Shown here piece after piece: positions 52,426 through 63,140 of a stretch of DNA of 64,000 bases. The DNA comes from Nostoc sp. (lineage in GTDB: Bacteria; Cyanobacteriota; Cyanobacteriia; Cyanobacteriales; Nostocaceae): positions 1 through 64,000 of the forward strand of contig JBALDB010000032.1 of assembly GCA_036918135.1 (NCBI GenBank). Direction: 5' to 3'. A program made the position numbers and the translations under genes. The notes beneath the pieces are model-generated. The model made no database searches, was not told the DNA's origin, and worked only from the letters and a program-made list of their open reading frames with translations. The stretch's first letter is position 1; every line of letters begins with the position of its first letter.

Positions 52426-52891
52426 ATGAGCCATCCGTTTAAGATTGAAATTGCAGAGAGCGAAGAGGAACTAAAAAAATGTCTGCAAATAGCCTACTTG
52501 GGAAGCCAGAAAGAAAAACTTATTATGTTGTAATGGCTCAAAAGTGGACAGGTAAAGGAACAGCAGGAAATAGGTAAACGCTTGGCTAGAGATACTTCAA
52601 CAGTAACTAGATGATTACAGAAATATAAATCAGGTGGGTTATCTGGCTTATTAGAAATAAAGAAAGCACTCTTGTGCAATACGGAAGATAGATGATGCAG
52701 CGCTCGCTGTACTACAACAAGAGTTGAAAACAGGGAAAGGGTTTGCCAGTTATGGTGTAATATTTGAATAGTGAAATAAGAACATGGGTAAGATATCGAA
52801 TATGCAACAGTTTATACGTTGGTTCGATATCAATACTTGGGCAAAACTAAAAGTACCACGTCCTCAAAGCTATAAGCGGAATGAAAAATAA
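52426..52891 (+). pseudogene. IS630-family transposase N-terminal (HTH) remnant
   Basis: IEIAESEEELK...ML*WLKSG...TVTR*LQKYKSGGLSGLL...KLKVPRP; stops at 52531 and 52612. Confidence 0.85.
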
Positions 52892-52932
52892 GGAATAGGA
52901 AAAATATTAATTGTCTATTCCTTATTGCCTAT

Positions 52933-54594
52933 TTATTTTTCAATAAATTCTTTTACTACAGCCATAGCGTTAGGAGGAATCTGGGTAATTAAGCGAAATG
53001 GAAATGCCGGGGTTGAGGAAAAGTTTGCATAATCTGATGTCAGAAAGATAGCGTAGTTTTTTGCTTCTGGAGTCAGTTGTGCTGCAAACGCCAAAGTTAA
53101 GGCTTTAACTAACTTACGAACATCAGCTGCTTGTTCGCCGACAACTTCACCGCCGCTAATCGGGGTATTTGGTTGTCCTATTTGATCCATAGTAGTACTG
53201 GGGTCTTTCACACTTAGATGAGTACCTCCAACTACACCAACTAGCCATTTGGGGGATGGGATTTTGTCAAATCCGATAATTTGTTCGGTTAAAGCTGGGG
53301 TAGTTTTATCTGCCGAACTTGTCAAGACCAAAGTAGGAACTTGCACCTTAGTTAACCCAGTTTTGCCGAATATTAAAGAAGTTGTAGGGTTAAGAGCGAT
53401 CGCCCCTTTGATTCTAGTATCCCGTAATTGATAGCTATTTTCTGGCAGTTCTTGAGCGATGCACTGCATACCTTCTCCCAAACTCAAGATAGCCAAGTTC
53501 TGTTTGCAACGCTGTTTGAGACTTTCTAGTTGTAACTCGGCACCAGCAATTGCTAAAGCTGTACCACCACCAAATGAATAGCCAACAACCATCGCCTTGC
53601 TAGTTGTAAGTTTGCCAGCAAGGGGGTTATTAGCTGTTTGGTTGAGCTTTTCTAATTCGTCGAGAACAAAACTAATATCTTGAGGACGACGCAAAAATTC
53701 CTCAGGTTTGACAACTCTGGTTTTCCCTTGAAGTGCTAAATCGACATTGGTCGCATTACTACCAGGATGTTCTAAGGCTGCTACCACATAACCGTGAGAT
53801 GCTAAATGTTCTGCCAGATAGCGCAAGTCTGTGCGGACTGACCCGAAACCATGAGAAAAGACGATTACAGGTTTGTCAGGAGTTGCAGCAGTTGACCAGT
53901 AAACATCAACTGGAATATTGCGATTGTGCTTTTGGTCATTCAGATCTAACTTGAGTACTTTTACTTGAGCTGTTCCTGGTTGAGAGGGATCGAAAGGAAA
54001 AGCAATCTGGGGTGTTCTAGGGTGTGGTGTTAAGAGGTCAAGTTGAGGTGCGATCGCCAGCATAAATTGTTGGGTGCGCCAAAAAGCAGTATTCAAACTC
54101 CCTGCAACCTTAAAAGCCTGTGGTAAATTAATTTCTAAGCGTTTACTCGGATAAGCGGCAATAAAACTGAGTATAGAAAGACCTTTCGGTGTAGTAGAAC
54201 CCAATACCAATCCTGCTCGGAGTGCTTGTACTCCAGCTTTGTCCTTTCGGGCTAAGGCTGTAGCAAAGTTATTGAGAATACTTGTACCAATCTGGGTATT
54301 AATTAATTTATCAACGGTAACAACATTTACTGGTAGGTTCACATTTAACGCCCCTAAAAATAACTGACGTTGCTGTTGAGATAATCCTTTAGCGTAAGGC
54401 TGCAAACTTCCAGGTAATTTTCTAGTTTTTGCAGCCTTTTGCAATTCAGTAAGGGAGATAGCTTCTGTAAATAGACCAAAACGGACAACAACAGTGTCAG
54501 CAGCTTTTGCACAACTATTTGTACTGAACTGTGCCAGTACTATGGCGCACAAGAAACCGCCAAGTTTTTTTAGACTTACCCAACTTTTTGCCAT
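52933..54594 (-). CDS. Alpha/beta hydrolase with DUF1400 domain
   Basis: VFSHGFGS, LEHPGS, RPQDISFVLD and GYSFGG motifs; start at MAKSW. Confidence 0.88.
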   Translation of the reverse strand: MAKSWVSLKKLGGFLCAIVLAQFSTNSCAKAADTVVVRFGLFTEAISLTELQKAAKTRKLPGSLQPYAKGLSQQQRQLFLGALNVNLPVNVVTVDKLINTQIGTSILNNFATALARKDKAGVQALRAGLVLGSTTPKGLSILSFIAAYPSKRLEINLPQAFKVAGSLNTAFWRTQQFMLAIAPQLDLLTPHPRTPQIAFPFDPSQPGTAQVKVLKLDLNDQKHNRNIPVDVYWSTAATPDKPVIVFSHGFGSVRTDLRYLAEHLASHGYVVAALEHPGSNATNVDLALQGKTRVVKPEEFLRRPQDISFVLDELEKLNQTANNPLAGKLTTSKAMVVGYSFGGGTALAIAGAELQLESLKQRCKQNLAILSLGEGMQCIAQELPENSYQLRDTRIKGAIALNPTTSLIFGKTGLTKVQVPTLVLTSSADKTTPALTEQIIGFDKIPSPKWLVGVVGGTHLSVKDPSTTMDQIGQPNTPISGGEVVGEQAADVRKLVKALTLAFAAQLTPEAKNYAIFLTSDYANFSSTPAFPFRLITQIPPNAMAVVKEFIEK

Positions 54595-54996
54595 AAGAAT
54601 CTTCACCAAATCATACTTACGGGAATATAACCAATATTTGTGTATTTGACTACTCAATTAATTTACGTTCAAGAGAAATAAATTTTTTCTTAAACTTGAT
54701 AGCGATCGCCCTTAACTGGTAAAAATATATGCAGGTGCGATCGAAGCCCATCAAAAGCATCATAAATATAACCAACTGTACAATTCATTACAGCTAGAAA
54801 ATTGAGTAAAAATCGGTGTTAACAGCCACAAAAAACTGATTGTTTCTCAACTAAGTTTAAACAAATGTCTTTTGCGATTAGTCGTTTGTTAATCACTAAT
54901 GACTAATCTGTTGCAGGTGTATAGTCTTATTGCTATTGCTGCACTACCATTACTCCTCAAATTGCACCAATTGCACTAATACTTTTTCCTATTTTT

Positions 54997-55437
54997 ATGC
55001 GTCGCCTACTGATTTTTATTTTTATTTTCCTGCTTTCACTGAGTATTATTACACTATGGTGGCCTGTGAATGATTCGGCTTGCAATTTTGAAAGTTTTTT
55101 CGCATCAAAAACTACAAAAATTCAAATACAAGCCAGTAAAGTTGTTGTTCAACCTTGGCGTGGCGAACATAAATCATACGGAATATTTATGATTCCTGAT
55201 GAATACAAACAATCTAAATTTTTTGTGTTAACAGTCAAAGGTGCTGGCAATTATTGTTCAAGACAATTTGGTTATAAAAAAAAGTTTGATGATGTTTTTG
55301 CTCAGCCAGGAACTTATTTAGTGAGGAAGTTTATTAGAACTCGAACGGCTGTGCGGCTGATTCTCCAAGGTTTGTATTTTCAACTCAATGATAAAAACAA
55401 TTGGACATTAACTTTTCCTGAACCTAAAGCAAATTAA
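54997..55437 (+). CDS. Hypothetical exported or membrane-anchored protein
   Basis: N-terminal hydrophobic segment; 146-aa ORF. Confidence 0.65.
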   Translation: MRRLLIFIFIFLLSLSIITLWWPVNDSACNFESFFASKTTKIQIQASKVVVQPWRGEHKSYGIFMIPDEYKQSKFFVLTVKGAGNYCSRQFGYKKKFDDVFAQPGTYLVRKFIRTRTAVRLILQGLYFQLNDKNNWTLTFPEPKAN

Positions 55438-55537
55438 TGAATAATGTTTGATACAATACCTATATTTAGAATTAATGAAAATTACTGTAATATATAAAGT
55501 TGCTCTACCTCTAAATGTATTAATTAATAATTACGAA

Positions 55538-56575
55538 TTAGGTTGCTGGCTGAGTTACTAAAACTTCGTTTTTTTCTAATAAAGTGGTTGTAGCATTAAC
55601 TACAATCTGTGCTGCTCCTGTGAAAAACGAGCGATCGATAGTCGCTGGAACATCACTAGGTTGATGATAGTGTGGAGTACGCAAATTTGCGGTATCTGTT
55701 ACCAGTACAGCACCTACACCTTGATACCAAAACGCTGCATGGTCACTGCGTAGTGTGTCTGGTGTCAGTAAACCTTTGAGAGGAATCGGTAGTGTTAGAA
55801 CTGCTGGTAAACTCGATTTTTCTTTATTCTTCTCTAAGTTTTGAAAAGCATTCAGTAAAGGTAAATGTTCAGTATCACCTACTACCACTAAAAAATCACC
55901 CTTATTGCTAGGTGAGTTAACAGGCAATCCCGCAGGATATTTTTGACACCCAACAGTGTAACAAGCATAAGCTACCATATCCATGACAACTGCCCCGCCC
56001 AAATTTTCTAGGCGTGCTGTTTTCCTCACAAAAGCCTGACTACCTAAAAGTCCGGCTTCTTCTTGGTCAAAAAAAGCTAGCTGTAACGTCCGTGGTGTGG
56101 AACGGGAACCGAGTAACCGCGCAACTTCCAGCATTACGGCTACACCGCTGGCGTTATCATCCGCACCTGGAGAAAAAGCGACGGTATCGTAATGCGCTCC
56201 TACGAGAATAGCTTTAGCAGCTTTATTAGTTCCTACACGTTCGGCAAAAATATTCACTCCGTTGGTGAACTTTTCTAATTTGGGCTTCCAGCCGAATTTT
56301 TTTAGTTCATTTGTGATATATGTGCGAGTACGCGATCGCTCTGTTGTCGTGTAGCGCTGAAAATTCAAATTTTGGATATGAGTTAACAGCATGTCAGCAG
56401 ACACTTGTAAGGTACTGTCAACTTCCTGAAACTTTGGCTGTGGTTCGGGTGTTTCTGCTGGAATGCTCTGAACAATTGTTGGTGAGGGACGCTGTTCAAA
56501 AAAAGTGCTACCTCTGCTACCCAAGACTGCAACTACCATTAGCGCCAACAGCATCAGCCAAATCCATTTTCTCAT
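55538..56575 (-). CDS. M28 family metallopeptidase
   Basis: GAHYD, GADDNASG, DQEE.GL.GS, RSDH and YHQPSD motifs. Confidence 0.93.
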   Translation of the reverse strand: MRKWIWLMLLALMVVAVLGSRGSTFFEQRPSPTIVQSIPAETPEPQPKFQEVDSTLQVSADMLLTHIQNLNFQRYTTTERSRTRTYITNELKKFGWKPKLEKFTNGVNIFAERVGTNKAAKAILVGAHYDTVAFSPGADDNASGVAVMLEVARLLGSRSTPRTLQLAFFDQEEAGLLGSQAFVRKTARLENLGGAVVMDMVAYACYTVGCQKYPAGLPVNSPSNKGDFLVVVGDTEHLPLLNAFQNLEKNKEKSSLPAVLTLPIPLKGLLTPDTLRSDHAAFWYQGVGAVLVTDTANLRTPHYHQPSDVPATIDRSFFTGAAQIVVNATTTLLEKNEVLVTQPAT

Positions 56576-56720
56576 GTCATTTATCCTTGGCTTCCAGATT
56601 TAGGGTAGCGCAAATCCTCAGTCAGTCCAATTATTATTAAAAGGCAAAATTTTTAGCTAGTGCAGAGGCTATGCTTAATAACAAAAGCAATCTGTAGAAG
56701 AAAACTATACTCTAACTACA

Positions 56721-58958
56721 CTAACAATCAGAAGAATTAACTATACAAAACTTAAGCTCACTATTGTTCTGCTCAAGATTAGTCGGTTTAATTGGAGTAA
56801 CCAAAACCCTAATGTTTTTTTCATTGCGATCGCCATTTTCGTCAAAACTTACTCCTAAGCCACGAACTACACTACTTTCTGAATTAAATGTAGATAAATA
56901 ATCTTTTATGCTTGAGCGATCATTTCGTGCTCCTGACTGTAATATTTTGACCAATATTTTAGTTGCTTCATACGCCATAGCAGTTCTATAGTTTACGTCA
57001 CCATACCAGTATTTTTTATTTGCTTCCTCAGCAAAATCCTGCGCTCCAGTCTCCTTATGATGCCAGTCAACAGCAATAATTAACCGATTATTGAGTTGTA
57101 AATCTTTAAGATTATCTAAGGTATCCATTAGATAAAGCGAATTTGCACCCAAGATTAACTTGTTTGCACCTGTACGTTCAATCACGCCAATTGCTCTATC
57201 AAATTTATCAACTTGGTTTTTGCTCTCTTGTGTTTGACTATCCGTCTCTACTGTTTGACCATCAGGGAAAACAGCTAAGGCATCAGCTTCTCTAATTTTT
57301 CTTAAATCTTTTCTTAAACTATAGTCCGCTGCTAATAATGAATAGTTATTAATAACACGTCCTTTGTCATCTTTTTCTAAAGTATCTTTAAACTGCTCGA
57401 ATAGAGATTGACTGAAATTTTCTTTAGGGTTGTAAAAAACAATAATTTTAAGATGATGGGTTTTTCCACTTTTTTGCAACAAGTAATTGACCAGCGACTC
57501 AGCTTCTACTTTCGTTGAAGAGACGGTGCGAAAAAACACTTTATTAGAATCTCCACATTGTGAGCGCATATTAAACATAGTGCTACCTGGAGAAATCACA
57601 ACAAGATTGCCTTCGGTATATTTTGGTAGAGCAGAACAGGTGCTACTAGAAGCATAATGTCCTACAACAGCAATAACATCTTTTTGGTTCTTGGCGATTT
57701 CATTTGCTATATTCTTAGCTTGAGATTCTTCGTTGCCATCATCAGCAATTAATACTTGTAAATTTACTAATTCTGAATCTTCTAGTGGATTAACAGCTTG
57801 ATCTTGTGCTTGAGCAACTCCAAGTAAAATTTGACTTCCAGCACCAGAAGATATTTTTATCGGAGCCGCAACAGCAATTGTGTAAAGAGTCGATTCTGGT
57901 CGATTAATATGATTCAGTTGTGCTTGAGCGTTATTACCAAATATCAAAATTTCAGGATCTTTTAAAACTTTTAGAGCCGCATCTTTTTCAACGTTTGTAG
58001 CAGAAGTATCATTAGGATATCTCTCTACAACACTTTTAGCATCTTCTCGAATTTTCTTAAATATTTCAGATGCTTTCCGATAATGCTCTTTTTTTAATTC
58101 TTGCACCCCTGATTCTTTAGCCTTTTCTAATTCTTGCATCCCTGATTTTTTATCAAAGTCATATTTCGTGGCAGGCTTAGCCTGTCTAGGAGCAAGGAGA
58201 GATTTTTCCCCAAAGCTAATCAAATTTTCCACCTGAAAGGTAGGTTGTGGATTATCTATTGGAGCAGGGGGAAATAGTTTTGATTTGAGAAGGGAAGCAA
58301 TTAAGAGAATAACTAACAGACTGATAATTTTTAACCCTACCTGCCGATCAAAACGGTAGCGTCTGCGAAATAACAGAATCTTGACTCTTCTAGTAATCTT
58401 ATCTAACCATGATGGTTCGGAAGGTGGTATAACAGGGACAGGATTTTCATTAGGTATAGGGAGTACGGGTTTGCGTTTATTACGCAGACCTTCAACTACC
58501 CGTCTAATTCCTTTCGCTACATCAGTTAAAGAATCATCCTTTAAACAATCCTTACAGATAACAGGTTTACCATTTTTCGGCAAAGCCTGAAGATTGCTAA
58601 GAGGCTGATATTTCCAATCGCAGTGACGAAGAATAACAGGAATGACACAAACTTCACCGCGATTGTGTCGATCCAGTGCGATCGACATTTCAATATTATA
58701 ACAATAATTTGAGGCCAGAAAATCTGCGCTAACCAGTAGTAAGACAATATCTGCTGTCCTCAACCGATCTTCAATTTCATTTTGCCAGTTTGATCCAGGC
58801 TCAATGAGTCGATCGTACCAAATTGTAATAGAACGCAAATTGATAAGATGAGCGAGATGCCTTACCAATTCATCCTGCAGCGGTTCGTCTTCGCGGGAGT
58901 AACAAAAAAATACTTTAAGCGCCTCATCTACTACTCCAGAGAATGAGCGTGAATTCAT
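56721..58958 (-). CDS. TIR domain - transmembrane - type I periplasmic binding protein fusion
   Basis: VFFCYSRED...LLVSADFLASNYCYNIE (TIR); TM IISLLVILLIASLL; GVAQAQ, IADD, AVVGHYASS and FFRTV (LIV-type PBP). Confidence 0.88.
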   Translation of the reverse strand: MNSRSFSGVVDEALKVFFCYSREDEPLQDELVRHLAHLINLRSITIWYDRLIEPGSNWQNEIEDRLRTADIVLLLVSADFLASNYCYNIEMSIALDRHNRGEVCVIPVILRHCDWKYQPLSNLQALPKNGKPVICKDCLKDDSLTDVAKGIRRVVEGLRNKRKPVLPIPNENPVPVIPPSEPSWLDKITRRVKILLFRRRYRFDRQVGLKIISLLVILLIASLLKSKLFPPAPIDNPQPTFQVENLISFGEKSLLAPRQAKPATKYDFDKKSGMQELEKAKESGVQELKKEHYRKASEIFKKIREDAKSVVERYPNDTSATNVEKDAALKVLKDPEILIFGNNAQAQLNHINRPESTLYTIAVAAPIKISSGAGSQILLGVAQAQDQAVNPLEDSELVNLQVLIADDGNEESQAKNIANEIAKNQKDVIAVVGHYASSSTCSALPKYTEGNLVVISPGSTMFNMRSQCGDSNKVFFRTVSSTKVEAESLVNYLLQKSGKTHHLKIIVFYNPKENFSQSLFEQFKDTLEKDDKGRVINNYSLLAADYSLRKDLRKIREADALAVFPDGQTVETDSQTQESKNQVDKFDRAIGVIERTGANKLILGANSLYLMDTLDNLKDLQLNNRLIIAVDWHHKETGAQDFAEEANKKYWYGDVNYRTAMAYEATKILVKILQSGARNDRSSIKDYLSTFNSESSVVRGLGVSFDENGDRNEKNIRVLVTPIKPTNLEQNNSELKFCIVNSSDC

Positions 58959-59284
58959 TTTTAGTTCTAAATCTAGTAGCGATTATTCTGGCAAAAACTT
59001 ATTATACATTGAGACTCTTTACGTGGGAATATTGAGTTTTATATAAAACAAATATATTTGTTTTATCGGCTTTTGGGCAAAAGAACTAATTCCCTAAAAT
59101 AAACATCAAGTTTGACAACTTGTCTTTTGACACAGAACGCAACTTCACTTACAGTACCCCACTAGAGGAGTGCTGAGTACTGAGTACTGAGCAAAGAGGA
59201 AGAAAAAACAATTTCTTCTTTTAATTCTTTAAAATCTTTATTTCAATACTCAAAATTGATGGCTCAGAACTCAGGACTTTTTTT

Positions 59285-60556
59285 ATGGTAGATTTATTGC
59301 CGATCGCAATTCTGGGGTTCCTGGGTAGTTTTGGGCATTGTTTTGGGATGTGTGGCCCCCTAACAGTGGCGTTTTCCCTGTCTCATCAGCCAAAAATTCC
59401 TCACACAGCTTCCCGTGGACGGACATCAACTTTAGAAAAGTCGAACACTCACCAACAGCAATTAAAATTTCATATCCTGCTAAATCTGGGACGAATGCTG
59501 AGCTATGCTCTAGTCGGTGCAGGTATTGGGGCGCTGGGTTCGGTATTGCTGCAAGGTGGACAGCTAGCGGGTGTTGGCAGCGATTTCCGGCGCTGGATGG
59601 CAATTATAACTGGTGTAATGCTGATTTGGTTTGGGTTAGGACAAATAAAACCCGATTTGCTGCCGCGCATTCCCGTATTACATCCCCTATTAAAGGGCAG
59701 TTTACACGATCGCCTCAGCACCGCAATGGTCAAACTTTCTTTAAAAACGAAATGGTGGACGCCATTACTTTTAGGAATGACTTGGGGTTTAATGCCTTGT
59801 GGTTTCTTGTATGCTGCCCAAATTAAAGCCGCCCAAACTGGCAATTTATGGATGGGTGGGGCTACTATGCTGGCTTTTGGCTTGGGAACCCTACCCACGA
59901 TGCTAGGTGTCGGCGTCTCTACCTCTTTGGTGAGTAAAGACAGGCGCAGTCAGTTATTTCGATTAGGTGGTTGGGTTACCCTCGCCATTGGCGGCATCAC
60001 CTTGCTGCGGACTGGGAACACGATGGTAGATTACACCGGACACGCCGCTTTACTCTGCTTAATTTTGGCTTTAATTGCCCGTCCGATTAGTGGCTTGTGG
60101 GCGTCACCTCTGCGTTACCGTCGCGCCTTGGGTGTAGGAGCTTTTGTACTATCTGTGGTTCACACCCTCCACATGCTCGAACACTCATTGCAATGGAATT
60201 TTGCCGCTTTTTCTTTCCTGCCACCAGAATTTCAGTGGGGGATGGCTGCGGGTGCTGTAGCATTGATATTAATGTCCCCCGCCGCTTTAACGAGTTGGGA
60301 ATCATTGCAGAAATCTTTGGGCAAGCGTTGGCGACAGATTCATCTATTGGGTGTGCCAGCTTTGCTTTTGAGTGCTATTCATGCTGTGTTGATTGGTACC
60401 CATTATTTGGGTTCCTTACAATCAACTTGGGGAAATAAATTAGCGGCAGTACTGATGGTAATTGTTACCCTCGGTGTTTTATTAGTGCGATCGCGCTTTT
60501 TTTGGTCAAAGTTAGCCCTAGAAAAGTTTTATGTTCCCCCAACAAAATCACGGTAA
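59285..60556 (+). CDS. DsbD_2/TauE-SafE-type membrane protein fused to a ferric reductase/MsrQ-like domain
   Basis: GHCFGMCGP and MPCGFLY; C-terminal RRALG..H..H and LGKRWRQIH. Confidence 0.82.
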   Translation: MVDLLPIAILGFLGSFGHCFGMCGPLTVAFSLSHQPKIPHTASRGRTSTLEKSNTHQQQLKFHILLNLGRMLSYALVGAGIGALGSVLLQGGQLAGVGSDFRRWMAIITGVMLIWFGLGQIKPDLLPRIPVLHPLLKGSLHDRLSTAMVKLSLKTKWWTPLLLGMTWGLMPCGFLYAAQIKAAQTGNLWMGGATMLAFGLGTLPTMLGVGVSTSLVSKDRRSQLFRLGGWVTLAIGGITLLRTGNTMVDYTGHAALLCLILALIARPISGLWASPLRYRRALGVGAFVLSVVHTLHMLEHSLQWNFAAFSFLPPEFQWGMAAGAVALILMSPAALTSWESLQKSLGKRWRQIHLLGVPALLLSAIHAVLIGTHYLGSLQSTWGNKLAAVLMVIVTLGVLLVRSRFFWSKLALEKFYVPPTKSR

Positions 60557-61211
60557 ATCATTCTTATTTTCTGGCTCCGTCCCAACGAGTCAAAAACAGA
60601 GGCGTTACCTCAACAAAGCAACAATCAAGTATTTATTATTCCTGAGTTGCTTAACTATATCAATAACTAATTTGTACCCTGCTGCTGCTCATGAAGTGGA
60701 AGTAGCTGGAGATGTCGGTGGTACTCTCCACATTGAACCAAATGATAATCCCCGTGCTGGAGAACCCAGCCAGGCCTGGTTTGCCCTTACCCGCAGGGGT
60801 GGAAAGGTAATTCCCTTGGCACAATGTAATTGTCGGTTGGCTGTTTATGCCGAACCTTATGCACAGGGAGAGCCACCACTTTTAGAACCAAGCTTAAAAT
60901 CTGTGGCAGCTGAGCGTTATCAAGGTATCCCAGGTGCAGAAGTTGTCTTTCCCAAAGCAGGAATTTATGAGTTGCAATTGAATGGTAGACCAACCTCTGG
61001 CGCAAGATTCAAACCCTTCGAGTTGAAATTTGAAGTTACAGTGGCAGGAGGGTCTACAGAAAATACACGAAACTTGCGAGATGTCAATGGTGATGTAGCC
61101 GAGGACGAAAATAGAAGTTTACCATTTTGGGCGATCGCTCTACCAATCTTCGGATTTCTCGCTATCTTATTTGTTGCACTACGAGGAATCAGAGGAGGGA
61201 GTGGGGAGTAG
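60531..61211 (+). CDS. Hypothetical exported protein with C-terminal TM
   Basis: PAAA-HEV cleavage-like site; HIEPNDNP motif; start uncertain. Confidence 0.7.
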   Translation: MFPQQNHGKSFLFSGSVPTSQKQRRYLNKATIKYLLFLSCLTISITNLYPAAAHEVEVAGDVGGTLHIEPNDNPRAGEPSQAWFALTRRGGKVIPLAQCNCRLAVYAEPYAQGEPPLLEPSLKSVAAERYQGIPGAEVVFPKAGIYELQLNGRPTSGARFKPFELKFEVTVAGGSTENTRNLRDVNGDVAEDENRSLPFWAIALPIFGFLAILFVALRGIRGGSGE

Positions 61212-61341
61212 AAAATTGGGAGAGGGGAGAAACAACAGAGCAATTTTTCTTCCTTATCTCCTTCATTCCCACACCATCCTCTGTGCTAGTAGTTGAAGTT
61301 GTCATCCCTGGAATTCGGGCTTTTAGCTAGCAAGATAATTT

Positions 61342-61737
61342 TTAATCATGTTGAAGAGAATTTTTTTGCAGCCATTTGGCTATTGATTCTTGAGTTTCTT
61401 TATCGGTTGCAAGTCGTTCTATCATTAAGACAACTTCCATCTCTGAAATATTCAGTGAATATCCATTTAATTCAAGAAAGGTAGCCATCGTTACGAAAGC
61501 TACCCGTTTATTACCATCTACAAATGCATGATTTTTAGCAAACCCATAGGCATAAGCAGCAGCTAAATCAAATATCGTGGGTGTTGGCTCACCATAAGCA
61601 AACAAATTCTTAGGTCTATCTAAACAAGCTAAAAACAAATTGTTATCTCTTATACCTGTAAGACCACCATGCTGTGCTAATTAGTCTTCATGCATAGCTC
61701 TAACAATTGTTTCATCTAACCAGAAAAGCTCCCTCAC
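61342..61737 (-). pseudogene. doc: Doc/Fic-family toxin with an internal stop
   Basis: GTG at 61737; VRELFWLDETIVRAMHED*LAQHGGLTGIRD; TAA at 61681-61683; HAFVDGNKR motif downstream. Confidence 0.88.
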
Positions 61738-61958
61738 TTTGCTAGTTCATGAAGTGCATTCCTATATTTAGTACTGACTTTTCTGTAAGCTGACATCGCC
61801 TTTTCAAAATCAGGGTTACAGGCAGTTAGGTGAATACCAGAGGGAGTTTCTGTGACAAATACGTTGTCCCCTTCTCTTATTCTCAGTTTTTGGAGAGCTT
61901 CTTTGGGTAGTGTTACACCTAAGGAGTTTCCAACTCTACGAATTTTTAAGGTGTACAT
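61734..61958 (-). CDS. AbrB/MazE-type antitoxin
   Basis: LKIRRVGNSLGVTLPK; stop overlaps the doc start (GTGA). Confidence 0.92.
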   Translation of the reverse strand: MYTLKIRRVGNSLGVTLPKEALQKLRIREGDNVFVTETPSGIHLTACNPDFEKAMSAYRKVSTKYRNALHELAK

Positions 61959-62135
61959 AAATTAATCGGCTCTTGAAAGAAGTAATACTATTGTAATGAC
62001 ACATTTTTGTAACCTGCTTACAAAGTCAAAACTCATCGCATTGTGTTTTTGCTGTCTTACTTTAGCCTTCCACATCTCAAGGATAGTTTTAAGAGCTTCA
62101 AAAACAAATTGTACATCTAGCCACGGCTGATGCTA

Positions 62136-63140
62136 TCAAGTCGAATGATGTCGCTGTTGATGCCACTGCCACGCATGAGCGACAATATCTTTGATGGATG
62201 GGTACTGAGGTTGCCAGCCTAAGATTGTTCTGGCTTGCTCGCTAGTACCAATGAGAATTGGGGGATCGCCAGGACGGCGTTCGCGTTCTTCAACTTTTAT
62301 ACTAGCTTTTGTCACTGCCTCGGCTGCTGCAATCACTTCTCTCACAGAAAAGCCGCTACCATTACCTAAATTAAAAACTTCGCTATCGCCACCTTTTAAT
62401 AAATATTCCAATCCTAAAATATGAGCATCTGCTAAGTCATTTACATGAATATAATCACGAATACAAGTACCATCAGGCGTGGGATAATCTGTGCCGAAAA
62501 TTGAGATAGATTCTCGTTTGCCTAAGGCTGTCATCAACACCAAGGGAATCAAATGGGTTTCTGGATTGTGATCCTCGCCCAGCAAACCATCGGGATTAGC
62601 ACCAGCAGCATTAAAATAGCGGAAACGCACTGATTTTAAACCGTAAGCCACATCAAAATCAGTAAGAATCCGTTCTACCATCAGCTTCGTAGCACCATAG
62701 GGATTAATCGGATTTTGGGGATGGGTTTCTGGAATCGGTACGAATTCCGGTACACCATAGGTGGCACAAGTCGAAGAAAAGACAAATTTATTAACAGAAG
62801 CCGTTAACATGGCTTCCAACAAAGTCAGAGTCCCAAGGACGTTATTGCGGTAATATTTGGCTGGGTCAGTCACGGATTCTCCCACGTAGGCATAGGCAGA
62901 AAAGTGCATCACAGCAGCAATATCGTGGGTTTTGAATAGGTTATCGAGCAAAGGGCGATCGCTTGTATCGCCTACTAATAGTTCTACTTGTAAAACCTTT
63001 TCTACTAAGTCACGATGCCCATATACCAAATTATCAAGAATGATGACGTTATAACCCGCTTGCTTGAGAGCAAGTACCGTATGGGAGCCAATATATCCAG
63101 CTCCGCCTGTGACCAAGATAGTAGGCTTTCCAGACAACAT
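62136..63140 (-). CDS. galE: UDP-glucose 4-epimerase
   Basis: TGGAGYIGSH, YGATK, RYFNAAGA and RDYIHV motifs. Confidence 0.96.
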   Translation of the reverse strand: MLSGKPTILVTGGAGYIGSHTVLALKQAGYNVIILDNLVYGHRDLVEKVLQVELLVGDTSDRPLLDNLFKTHDIAAVMHFSAYAYVGESVTDPAKYYRNNVLGTLTLLEAMLTASVNKFVFSSTCATYGVPEFVPIPETHPQNPINPYGATKLMVERILTDFDVAYGLKSVRFRYFNAAGANPDGLLGEDHNPETHLIPLVLMTALGKRESISIFGTDYPTPDGTCIRDYIHVNDLADAHILGLEYLLKGGDSEVFNLGNGSGFSVREVIAAAEAVTKASIKVEERERRPGDPPILIGTSEQARTILGWQPQYPSIKDIVAHAWQWHQQRHHST

